A stretch of 64,000 bases of DNA, taken from Anthoceros angustus. Lineage: Eukaryota > Plantae > Anthocerotophyta. The notes under the pieces are model-generated. The model saw only the letters and a list, made by a program, of their open reading frames with translations. It searched no databases and had not been told where the DNA came from. The stretch lies in assembly GCA_010909165.1 (NCBI GenBank), contig MU008169.1, positions 806,001 through 870,000 of the forward strand, read 5' to 3'. Of the stretch, positions 24,146 to 36,620 are shown piece after piece (position 1 is the stretch's first letter; each line of letters begins with the position of its first letter). A program made the position numbers and the translations under genes.

Positions 24146-24337
24146 CCTCGTGGTGATGAAGGTAATGCTGCCGAGTGCTCTGGTGCAGTGGTTAAATGAG
24201 GGTTTAAAGACAAAGGGGAGCTCCGGAACAACTTGCTTGTTTTACGTCTTAAGGGATGCTACTATGGGAGATGTGGCCAGCAAGTTCTGGCCGTCACCTC
24301 AGCCCAACTTCCTGACTGTGAAGCCCGAGCTTGGTAC

Positions 24338-27300
24338 TGTTGAAGTTGTAGCACTCAAGCCCTTAGGGCACGTTTCGTTTTTAAGCCTGAAAACCTGAAC
24401 CGACATTTGGGCGAAGCGTCACGAACTGGCAGTTTTTCTCCTCCTTTACATTCTGGCTCAGCCCTGATACACTACATTGTGTTCTCTACCATGAATTGCC
24501 CATCTATCGGATTCTGATGCATCTGTCGCACCATAATCGTCACATGGTATCAGAGCCAGTGATGGTATCATGCCCAGCCAACGGCGCACAGCTAGGCAGG
24601 CAGACCTTCAAGAATGGAAAAGAATTAATCGTGAGAATTCATACCTCAAGGAGGCAAGAGAAAACCTGTGGGCTTACGCATGGATTCGAACCTGTTCCGT
24701 GCTTCTGATCATAGGAGAAGAACTTTCACTACGTGGCTTTTACGACCCACAGGAGTATGATTGGGCCTACGTAGAAATCTCCTTTCTGTTCATAGAAAGG
24801 CCACCAAACTCACAATGATAAGGCAATTCACCACCACGGTTGAAGTTCACACACCACTCAACCTGCACGAATAAGAGAAACATTGATCACGAGCCTACAA
24901 AACCTATGTAGGCAACATAGCCTTCTATCGTGCCCGGCTCCTCAGACAACCTGTACATTCTTCCTCCACAATCGAAATAGAGGAATTTCAAAATCAGATA
25001 ATAGAATTTACAAGGTCTAGAAACACACACAAAACTAATTCTAACACCTGCAGAAACTATACGTGATCACTCTCCAAATACACATCAATTGCCTCCTTAG
25101 AGCATACCATCAGCCATTAAACACTCCATCAAATTAAAAAGTCCCAACATGTCTACCTCCCACCTTTCCTGTCCAAGGAGGACAAATTTGATTTGGCCAA
25201 GCAACACAATTTCCCCATCCGGAAATTTCGTATCACTAATATCCGAAGAGCGCAAGCTCAGGGTTACGAGTGAGTCTGAAATCCACCCATCCCCATCCCC
25301 AACCCTACGAGGAACACAACTAGAGAAAGATCAATGGGAGGACAATAATCAAGCAAAAACGTGCTCATGCAGGTATGAAACAAGGCAATGCAATAGTGGA
25401 GGGACAACAAGATTAAGCATGGACCCACCATGAGATATATGATATGATATCATGCATACTATACATACAATCAAAAGCTACCACCTTGAATGTCAAGGTG
25501 ACCATGTTGATCACCATGCCATGGTTTTCCAGTGGATCATTAAATTCGTGCTCTTGGATTCAATATCCCCGAGGAGCTCCTAGAAGCAATCGCTATCCAC
25601 ATTACCGAATCATGGGTGAGCGTACAAAGCCTCCAAGGCATCAAACCTCTAATCAACAAGTTATACAATGCCATCAAGAAGACGCCGGAAAGTTTTGCTC
25701 ATGCCGGAGAGCCATCCTCCGGCTTTCGAGGGAGACAGAGGCCGAGACAGAGGAAACATGAGAGGCATCAGAGGACGTGGCACTTACTCAACCCGTGGCG
25801 AGGGATCTACAACCGCTTGGAAGCCCGAGGGTACCGTGCAAAATACCGCCACATCTATGAAGAATGCTGCTTAGCATCCTCCAATTCCCATGAGACATCA
25901 GCCCCATTGGCCCTAACCATGCGAAACACACTAAAGGCTTTCCTTGCCCAAATTAGCCACAATCCTCCGGGCACTAGCACACCATTAGCACTAGTAGCCT
26001 CTTGCTTATCGCCCAAGGCGAACACTGTATATTGATTCGGAGCCTCGCAAAGACATGACCCCCATAGGGAATATTTTACCAAAGTTACACCTACAAAGAC
26101 AACCCAACTTTGTCCCTTGGAGATAACACCAAACATCATATTATGCCATGGCTCCATTGCTCCAGCAACCACACTCCACCGCAGATTTCGGATGTCCTCT
26201 TAGTTCCCGGACTAACAAAAACCTCTTTTCCGCACGAAAAGTTGATCAAGATGTTATGTTTGTTTTGGCAATGGCCATCTGCCATTGAAACCCCTCAAGG
26301 CGATCTAATTGCCACCGGTGATCTTAAAATGATGACCTATATCATCTAAGGGTTAGTCACCCTTCCTCTCTAACAGCAGTACAGAAACAAAATCGGACCT
26401 TCCTTTGGCACGCTTGGGCATATGCATTTGCAGAAAATGAAGGAGATGATCAACACACAAGCAGCCCATGGCATTACTCTCACGAATTGAGGACGTACTT
26501 GTGAAGCTGTTCCCTCGAAAAGCCATCGCCCTTTTCCTAAGGCATCCAACACAAGAGCTACCAAGCGCCTTCAACTAGTACACTCGACATCCGGGCCTTT
26601 CAATAAATCACTCTTTGGTTATACCTACTTCATGCTTATTATCGATGATTTCACTCGCTTTACTATATATATATCAAGACCAAGGCCCAAGCATTTCCAT
26701 GCTTCAAGGAATACAAGACACAGTCGAAAAGCAAGGCGATACCTTATTATGCCTTAGATCCGACGGTGGAGAATATGGCTCTACTCAATTCACCCACTGC
26801 AAGGAACATGGTATCAACCGTCAAATTACCACTCCTTACACATCCCAACAAAATGGGGTTGAAAGAATGAATCGGACCATCCAGAATGTGGTTTGGCAAT
26901 GATGATTCATGCCCGCCTTCCTAAAACCTATTGGCGGAGGCAATGCGCATGCCTACATCGCACCACAACCTCTTCTCTCTCACTGGCACTCTGAAGCTGA
27001 CAGTCAAGCCCGATCTCTCTACACGGATTTTGGTTCCCCTGCCTATGCCCACATTCCTAAGGCAATCCAACCAAACTAGATCACAAGGCATGAAATTTCG
27101 CTTCATTGGCTTTACCGACGGATCAAAGGTTACAAAATTATCCACCCTCAAACACACAAAGTCACCCACTCAGACGTCACCTTCCTCGAGGACATCCACC
27201 ACACCGGGGAGCCCCAACCAACCTAGATGATGATGAAGATGGCTCTGTGGACTTTTCTCGCACCGGTCCTAACCTTCCCAACCCGCTCCCCAGACGACAC

Positions 27301-29781
27301 GCCCATGTCTCAGCCTCGCCACACCGCACCTCCTCGCCATTCCCTTCACCAGGACACACCACAAACCATCTTTTCGACTCGCCGATCCACTCTCAAACAC
27401 CTCAGCTCCGGCTCACGCCCTTCGATTGAGAGGGGACGGCACGCCGACACGATCAAATCGAGAAATCGTGAATCGCAGTAAAGCAGGGACATTTTCGACT
27501 CAAATTTTCGATCCGCCCCAACTCCGGCGAATCTCCACAACACCTCTCCGCACCTACACGCCGACGCGCTCAAGACCAATGTAATCCACAACCCGACGCA
27601 CTGCGCAGCTCTCAATCCCGGTCCTTGGCCTTCAACGCGCCCCGATTCCCGCTCATGCTCGATCGGCCACACACCGGATCGATTTAGCGAACAATGACCC
27701 GAGCATCGCCTCGGCGCCGGGATCGGCAAGTGACATTGAGTTTTCACAATATGCTCTTGACCCCGACTTTCAAAAACGACGGGCACCTCAACAACAAGTA
27801 GGCATTTATCTGATTTTCTAATTACAATACTCCCGATATGCAACATATAAATGCCTGAAGCCGAGGAAACTCTAGACCCTTATTTCAAAATGTGCAAGAG
27901 GACATCCCACAATCACCGCCACTAACCAGCCTAGGCGTAGACAATCTCACCGCTCCAATGTGTAAAATATAGATATTCTCCTACTAATCAAGGATCCCAA
28001 GAGCAATTTAGCATATTGTCTTAATGCTATAGATCGCTTTGTCCTCGCCACTACCAGAGGCCATCATGCCCACAAAAGGAACACGAAACAAGCAATCGTG
28101 TCGAACTAGAATCCCTACAAGCCAATAAAACTTGGACTTTAACTACTCTACCTAAGGATAGACAACTTGTGGGATCTAAGTGGACCTTCAAGATCAAATT
28201 AAATGCCGATGGTAGCATAGAGAGATACAAGGCTAGATTAGTAGCCAAGGATACTCTCAAAAATATGGTTTTGATTATGATGAAACTTTTAGTCCCGTAC
28301 TTAAGATAACCTCACTTAGGATCCTCCTAGCCTTAGCATCTCACCATGACTATGAGCTAATGCAACTTGACATTAAGACAGCTTTATTATATGGAGATCT
28401 CGACCACACCATCTACATGGAGATTCTCAAGGGATATATGTTAAGGATAGGACAAAGTACAATGCATGCCTACTATTAAAGTCCTTATACGGACTTAAGA
28501 GTGCTATGAAATGGTATTTTAAGCTAGACGCCAGCCTTAAGGAACTAGGTTTCACTAAGTTAAACTCGATAATAATATCTACATTAAAAGATCAAGCATT
28601 TACTTTATCGTCTTAGGGGTATAATGAGACGATATAGTTCTTATGTCCAACACTAAGGCCATACTAGAAGAGACCATCTATGCTAGCTAAGCGTTTCTCC
28701 ATGACCACTTGTAGAGAGCTTTCCTTTGCTTGGGCATTTAGGTCTTAAGGGATAGAAAGGCTAGAAGCATTCTCATTCACCAATCAAAATATATTCAAGA
28801 AATCTTAACAAAGTTTAAGATGTTAGAATCTAGGCCTATCTCAACACCCATGGAAATGAACCTTAAGCTAAGCAAAGAGGTGGATCAACAGGACAACAGT
28901 GACACTACTCCTCCTCCTTATTCCTCACCGTAGGTAGTCTTATGTACCTTATGGTTTGCACTGCACTGCATCCTATCTGGGAGCCTTGTCACAATTCCTA
29001 TCAGCTCCTACTCAAGCTCATTGGAAGGTCATAAGAGGATATTTAGATACCTAAGAGCAACTTGGACTTAGGGTTGCTCTACTACATATCAAACAAGGAG
29101 AACCTCTACAACTTGAAGGTTATAGTGATGCCGAGGCACAACATTGATGATAGAAAAGCACAAGCAACGATATTTATTGGGAGGCACGAACAAGTGGAGT
29201 AGTACAAAGTAGTTGCACTCACCAACCGAGGTCGAGTATTGCTGCTGACTCACGCATGCAAGGATGGACTCGCAACTTCTCCAACTTTCGAGTTAGGCGA
29301 GACCCGAGGATTCCTAGGCCGCCCTCGTGATAATCAAAGTGCCATCTCACTCACCTATAACCCAAGTTCCATGCTCGAACAAAGCACGTGGAGGTACAAT
29401 TTCATTTCATAAGGCAAGTGGTTGAAGAAGGCAAGTTTGCGTTCTATTGTCCAACAGAGCACATGGTAGCGGATGTGCTTACAAAGCACTTAGCTCTATC
29501 AAACATCAACAACACGTGAAGAACATGGGACTTAGAAGGTCTCGGACATTAGCTTCAATTCTTAGCAATGTAAAAGTGCATAGCCTAAGGACTAGATGCT
29601 AAGTGGGAGTGTTGAAGTTGTAGCACTCAAGCCCTTAGGGCACGCGTTTTAAACTGAACCGACATTTGGGCGCACGAACGCGCTTATTCTCCTCCTTTAC
29701 CTCACGATACACTACATTGTGTTCTCTACCATGAATTGCCTATCTATCGGATTACGATGCATCCGAACCATAATCGCCATG
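24338..29781 (+). mobile_element. Ty1/Copia LTR retrotransposon, full-length but frameshifted
   Basis: LTRs 24338-24544 (TGT..ACA) and 29610-~29781; PBS TGGTATCAGAGCC 24545-24557; PPT AAGTGGGAG 29601-29609; TSD GGTAC at 24333-24337 and 29782-29786. Domain order is protease (~26030), integrase (LRSDGGEY, TPYTSQQNG), RT (ERYKARLVAKG, LDIKTAFLYG), RNase H (DNQSAI, VADVLTKAL). Confidence 0.96.
24545..24557 (+). promoter_or_regulatory. Primer-binding site complementary to the initiator tRNA-Met 3' end
   Basis: TGGTATCAGAGCC immediately after the 5' LTR. Confidence 0.95.
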
Positions 29782-30668
29782 GGTACCAAAATTTACGAGG
29801 TCCTAGGTAATCGCTGGGCATTCTGCATCAGCTCCCTAATAACTCTGGAAGCTTGAAATCGAACAAGCGGTGGGCTCACATCGTCCTGCATTGTACATGG
29901 CAGTAGCATTGTATCTTGGATCGAAAATTTGGGTGGAACACATTGTCCGGACGTGGTGTTCCCTCCAAATTGCATCACCGCTTCGGTCCGAAATTGATGG
30001 AAAGTGGCACTCGGAGATCGCACTGCACTCCTACCGGGTGGTGGCGCTTAGGAGGGCGTTGCCGCGGTTTAATCGCTGCTCGTGAAGTGAACGTCAGAAG
30101 TCGCACGAAAGAGCCACCGACCCGCCTCCCTCCCTCTAGTTGCCTTTTTTCCGATGCTTTTGGCAAAGCGATCAGTGCAGGAATGCCTACATGCATTCGA
30201 ATATGCATAGGAATCTTTGGGTAGGGGCCTCGAGTTGCAGGAGGAAGTTCCCAACATCTTTCGCCTCGGTAGTCTGCAAGGCTAGAGCCCATCAACTAGG
30301 TTTTGTTTCATCAATCCTTTTCAACGGCGGCCGCTCACAAAGATACCGTATGCATTATCTTATATGAACTCTAGATTGCTATTCATATCATATTGCAAAC
30401 CCGAACAAGTTTGGGAACACATAGATCGAAATCGAACCCGATCTTCTTGGAAGAAAGCAACACTCTACCACCGTATCACAATGGTATCGTTAACCTTGTA
30501 TATAATTATTATATAATTATATTATAATATATTATAATATATTATAATATATTATAATTATATTATAATTAGATTATGATATCTTAATATATTTAGATTG
30601 CATAGAAAATTTTCAATAGTGAGATAGCAAGTCAAAGTGGTAGAAGCATAAGGTGAAAGATTTGATTA

Positions 30669-30997
30669 TCGTACCGCGAGGGGTGGTTCAACAGGGTAAA
30701 GCCGAAATAATTATTTTTTGAAAAGTTAAGGTTCAACATAAATATTTATATTTTTCAAATTTTATGAAAAATAATGTTATCAAATTTCAACATTTATTAG
30801 AATACATAGGTATCTATATAGAACTAATAGATATGTATAGACTTCCCCTAAATAACTCGCTCTTTATCTTTTCCTTATTTTCAACATCTTAAACCCGTAA
30901 AGTTTTACACATTCAGCATTTTAAGTATAATAATTTCTAAATTTTCAAATTTTATTAATTTTAATTAATTAATACCGAATCACCCTTCGAAGTACGA
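30669..30997. mobile_element. 329-bp MITE with TA target duplication (Tc1/mariner-type)
   Basis: Imperfect TIRs TCGTACCGCGAGGGGTGGTTC and GAATCACCCTTCGAAGTACGA, TA on both sides, AT-rich interior; empty site GATTTGAT-TA-GTCAAGGTAAGG at ~18284. Confidence 0.85.
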
Positions 30998-31814
30998 TAG
31001 TCGAAGTAAGGATTGGTTTCATCAACCCTATAACAAATAAGTCATCATTTACCATTAAACACTCAAAGTAAATGTTAAACACTCAAAGTTTCATTGACTT
31101 TGAAACACCTAGGTCCACAAAATCTCTGGTCGATTACAAAATATCTCGACCAAAACCTTCTCGTTATTGACCTTATAACGAATTAAAAAGCCGCCACCAA
31201 CCCTAAAACACTTCTCAAGAACCACTGCCTAACCCTAAAACACTTCGAAAACTTCCTGCGCCTACCAACCCTACAACAATTTAGAACTTCCTTCGCCTAC
31301 CAACCCTACACTTCGTGAGAACTTCCATGCCTACCAACGCTATAAAACATGTCATGTTCTTAGGTTTCTCAAGGCCCTTCGAAAGGAACACCCTTCCGTA
31401 AAGGGTCTCTATGTTGTAGCGAACTTTGTATTGTACCTACTCGTATGGTAATGTCTCTACGTTGATGTAGCAACTCTTGATTATTCGTTGTAGCAAGTCA
31501 GCATGTGGGACTATATTTTAAAGCCTTTCCCACCAAAATGATGTTGGATCTTGTTTGTTGGAGCAGCTCTCTATTACAGCTACTCCTTGTAGTGGGACGT
31601 TGTGGTAACTTGTGTTATAGCTTATATCTTGTAATGATTATGTAGTGGGATGTTATGGTAACTTGTGTTGTAGCTCGTGTGTTATAACAATTCTGTGTTG
31701 TACCTTTGTGTTGATGGGTTGTATATGTTGCGGTAAGTCTGAACCTTTATGTCTTGTTCTGAATGCATGTGTTTGTGCAGGTGCCTAATGATGTTGAGCA
31801 TCTGGGAATACGTT

Positions 31815-33487
31815 GAAAAACAATCTGCTTGGGCTGGAGAAGGCATTCCAGCCAGCTCCTCAATGTCGTCGTTTGGACCATCCAACACTCTCTGTGGGTA
31901 ATGACGGGAGGACGCCCTCAGCAGTCCCGCAGGCGGAGTGGATGCACCTGGGAAGGACTCAGATTCCCCTACTTCCGCCTTACAAATTCAGAGCTCTGGG
32001 CTGGCATGTCCGGACCACAGTCAAGTATACTGCTGGAACCAGAGTTTAACCCAAGCGACATTCATGAAGCGGGGAGTAGGTCTTTTCGCGTGGGACAGGA
32101 GAAAGAGGTGATTGTGTATCATGTGGTTGCGTCTGACTCAATCGAGATTGGAAACTACTGACAGTAGGCGAGGAATGGGTCTCAAACAATCGACAACACG
32201 GATGAAGAAGTCAGTGGTCCAAGTAATTGTGGGGATGATTTCTTTCAGTCCAATTCTGTAACGAAGCATGTGGACAGGCTTTATATCGCACACAAGTCAC
32301 GTCAACGTTAGCCTGTGGTGATCAAGGTAATGTTGCTGAGGGTACGGTGCTGTGGTTAAGGGACCAACTTGCTCCTTTTACGTCTTGAGGGATGCTACTA
32401 TGGGAGATCTGGCGAGCAAGTTCTGGCTTTCACCTCAGCCCAACTTTCTGCCTCAGAAGCCGAGCTTGGTACCAGCTAAGGAGGTCTTAGCTACTGCGTT
32501 GGGATTGAGAACAGCACCCGAATAATTCTGGGAAGCTGCGAGGAAGAATTTTTGGAAGTCCAAATCTGCTTTTATGAAGAGGACTGGAGATCACAACGCT
32601 AGAGATGTGGGTATACTGAACATGCGGAATCTAACCTTGTTTTGTAGACTCCCATGAAGGTGATCAGCTGAGGTCTCTTCTAGGACTATACGAGTTTGTT
32701 GTTCATATGAAGCTGCAGCCTTTGCAAGCGGACCTGGTGGCAAAAGTGCAATCAAAGGGCAGCGGTAAAAGTGGCAAGTTTAAGCTTACTTCGGAGACAA
32801 CATCAGTGACTGTTCACCCGTCCCTCTGCCCTGACGAGTACTGGGACACAGCTGAGTTTCCTGATCTCGACGGAACAGCCTCGGATCCAAGTAAGGGTGT
32901 GAAAGCCGATTTCGTTATGCAGATCCTATCTCTTTGTGACAAGGCAGGACAAAAGCTTATTATTTTCAGCAAAATGTTCAAGCCTCTGCAATACATGCAG
33001 AGCGTCCTCCAAAAGCACAAGAGCTGGGCCTTGGGAGACAAAGTTCTGAGTGCTGATGGGAAAGTCACCCTAAGGAGATTCAACTCGAAGAACGACCCTT
33101 CGAGGGTTCTTCTGGCCTCTACCAAGGCTCGTGCTTGTGGGGAAGATGTAAACCTTACTGCAGCCTCCAGGATCATACTACTGAGCCAGAGTTTAACCCC
33201 AGCGTCACTCGTCAAGCGGTGAGCAGTGCTTTTCGTGTGGGACAGGAGAAGAAGGTGGTGATAGTGTATCATCTGGTTTCGGCCGACACAACCGAAATTG
33301 AAAATCGTCGAAAGGCCGTAGCCAAGGAATGGGTATCCAAAAATTCTTCGGTATAGGAGCTATCGTGGACAACAGGCATGAAGAAGTCAATGATCCAAGT
33401 ACTTTCGGGGATGACTTCGTTCAATCTAATGCTCTAATGAAGCATGTGGACAGGCTTTACATCGCACACAAGTCACGTCAACTTTAG
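31815..33487 (+). pseudogene. CLSY/DRD1-like N/C fusion relic followed by a C-terminal half copy (32531-33487)
   Basis: ORFs 31829, 32707 and 33135. Confidence 0.9.
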
Positions 33488-35589
33488 CCTCGTGAGGACG
33501 GAACAACTTGCTTGTTTTACGTCTTGAGAGATGCTCCTATGGGAGATATGGCCAGCAGGTTCTGGCCTTCACCTCAGCCCAACTTTCTGACTGTGAAGCC
33601 GGAGCTTGGTACCAGGTGACGAGGTCCTAGGCACTGCGTTGGGCATTCAAACCAGCTCCCTAATAAGTCTGGAAGCTTGAAATGGGAACAAGCGGTGGGC
33701 TCACATGACTGTCCCTGTTTTAAATCTAGAGTGTGCATGGCCGTGGCATTGCATCTTGGACCGAAAATTTGGGTGGAACACATTTTGCGCTGGACGTGGT
33801 GTTCCCTTCAAATTTCGTGCATCACTGCCTTTTCGTGTCTGAAATTGATGGAAAGTGGCACTCGTGAAACTGCACTCTTTCACGCCGGCGGGGGTGGTGG
33901 CGCAATCGCGTCGTCCGGTTAAGTGAAATGTCGTAGGCTGCCCGACAGCAGGCCCATGCTGAATTCGCCCCGTCCTCCTCTAATTGCATTTTTCCGATGC
34001 TTTTGGCAAAGCGATTGTTCGGGGAATGGCCGGCTGTGCATTCGACTATGCATAGGAATCTTTGGGGTAGGCCATGGAGTTGCTGCAGGAGGAAGTTCCC
34101 AGCATCCTTCGTCCCGTGCGTAGGCTGGAATCTGCAAGGCTCGGAGCCCTGATCAGAACTAGGTTTTGTTTCATCAATCGTTTTCAACCGCTGGCGGCCG
34201 CTCACAGCAAACCAGATTCATGATCTTATATAAAATACAGATTGCTTGCTATTCATAGCCTGAACAAGTTAGTCGGGAACAACAGATCGGAAATCGAACC
34301 CGAATCTTCCTAGTAAGAAAACAACCCTCTACAACAACAACAACTTCTGCAGATGAGACCACAAGGCAGCTACGTTAATCTTATGTATGTTTTCCAGACT
34401 GCAGACCACCAATCCCCCGATTATGCTCTCAAGGGTTCATGTTTAGAAAGGTGTAGGTTTGGTATAGCTTGTCTTCTAATTGTTATCAAATCACTCTAAA
34501 AATGCTTCGAACATTGTTCTTATGACAGACTCATGATTTTCAAGAGCTTGAAGTGGATCGACCTTCTCTAAGTTTGGAACCCACCATATGCCAGGAGCAC
34601 TTGCAGCAAAGACATGGCTCCTAGTCGACCTACTCCAATTGTGTACTTGATCATAACTATAATTTTCAATAAATCATATCTAATTATAAATTACAAACGG
34701 CACATCACTTCCTTCCCATATGATGGCTTCGCGATATGTGACTCAAAATTTGTTCTTGCAAAAAGACAAGATCCTCAACGATCGTACTTTGATGATGGCT
34801 ACTTCCATCAATAGTTGCAATTGGGCCTAGCCACTGCAAATCAAAACTGAAGTTTCTAATCCATGCTATTTCCATCAACTGTTGCATTTAGGTTTGGTGT
34901 CTCAAAGTATTTAGTGTGGTGTATGCTTTTCAATTTTGCAAGTGTGAACGGGGCTTCTGGAAGCCTACCTACCCTACCGCCTACCAACCCTAAAACACTT
35001 CGCGAGAACTTCCCGCGGCCTACCTATACTATAAAACCCGTGATGTTCTTCAGTTTCCTAGGTTTCTCAAAGCCCCTTCCGCAAAGACGGACGCCCCTTG
35101 TGTGTAGTGAACTCTGTATTGTAGCTACTCTGTATGGTGATTGTAGCAACTCTTGGTCATCTGTTGTAGGTTAGCTTGTACATTGTAGGACTCAATGTTG
35201 AAGCTTGTTGTCACAAAATGATTTTGAGCATGTGTTGAAGCAACTCTGTATTACAGCTTTTGTTGGTTGTTTGTGTTGTTGTAATGATTATGTGTGCATG
35301 TTGTTGTAACTTGTGTTGTTGGATACGTTTGAACTCCGTGTTGCAGCTGTGCTCGTTGGACCATCAGAGACTTGTTTGTCCCACAGTTTCTCATAAATGT
35401 CAGGGAGACTCATGAGAAGACAGAGGCATCCTCAGTGACCAGCTCTGGACCAAGATGAGGCATCAATGCAACCTTCAGTGCTCAGAACCTTGTCCTCAGA
35501 TTATATTGTGAGTCAGTGACCAGTCCAGGCAACTATTCCGTATATTCTTGGTGGTGGTGGTGGGTTTCCGTCAACTGGAGGTAAGGTTC

Positions 35590-36620
35590 GATGATGGCCG
35601 CAGTGCTCAGGATCCTTTGCTTGTCAGAAATGACTTGAAGCTTAGTCGGCCAGACTAGGTGACTCCTGATGGCAGCACAGAGGGAGCCAGCCAGTCCACT
35701 GTCGCAGCTCTCTCTGGAAGGTTTTTTCAAGATTCTGCGGGCGGGCTGCTTGCTGCAAAGGAGTTGCAGGTTTGAATGGGAACAACCGTAGCCAACACCA
35801 CGGTTCGGGCAAAAATGAAGGGCTTAGCCTGAGGCCTAGTCACAGTCCAGGCTTCCATGTTGGAGGCTGAGACTATAAATCCAACCAAGGGTCCGAAGAC
35901 CCCAGACCCAGTCCGAGTCCAGGGTCTAAGTTTGGAGGCTGAGCCTCTATCTCCGACCTACGATCCGAATACTCCAGACCCAGTCCGAGTCCAGGCTCCA
36001 ACTTTCCTCCAAGACCTTCCTGACGAGGAAAGGCACTGTGTGTCAAGAGAGCACAGATATGTCAGACACAGAGACCAAGGCCAAGGCCATGGAAGATGAG
36101 ATGGCACAACTCTGGAGGCAGGCTCTTGGCTGAAGCGCTTGGAGAGGTAACATCAACTTTGGTTTTCTTTAGCGGTTCTATGGGTACCCTTGTAAAGCAC
36201 ATTTCCGCGTTGCGTACTATTCATAACAGTAAACCTGCATTGTAGTCAACCTGCAGCTATTGAAACGGAGCAACAGCAGAAAGCCGATCGGCTGTATACA
36301 TGACTATGAACGGAATTCAGAATGTGGTCAAGTGTGCTGTCTCTGTGGTCATGTGAGAGCTGCAATGAATGTGGAGTTCTTCGCTCCTCTCCGGGCTGTG
36401 AGCACCACTGGTGTCCATTCGTATCTCCTGCGGCCGTGAGCTTCACTTTGACATCTTTTGTAGAGCTGCTTCACTCTGTTTGAAGGCAATGCGTGGCCAT
36501 GTTTGCAGGCCAAGAGAAGACAGCAACGCCAAAATCCTCGAGGATAAGCATATTTTGGAGGAAGATGAAAATATTCAGCAACCTAGGCCCTTGTACGTCA
36601 GAGCCTGAAGAAAGGCCCAC
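35590..36620 (+). pseudogene. CLSY/DRD1-like 5' region with two introns and the Cys/His exon
   Basis: EDEMAQLW; CIHDYERNSECGQVCCLCGHV (C-x-H...C-x2-C motif upstream of the CLSY/DRD1 ATPase); 72-bp repeat units. Confidence 0.82.

Noticed and set aside
24328-24337. AGCTTGGTACC as cloning-vector polylinker contamination
   Set aside because: It recurs inside many diverged cassette copies with native flanks
24681-24695. GGATTCGAACCTG as a tRNA B box
   Set aside because: It lies in Copia gag coding sequence (LWAY..GFEPVP) and no cloverleaf surrounds it
30500-30570. (ATTATAAT)n tract, and the similar AT tract at 5440-5580
   Set aside because: Ordinary low-complexity sequence
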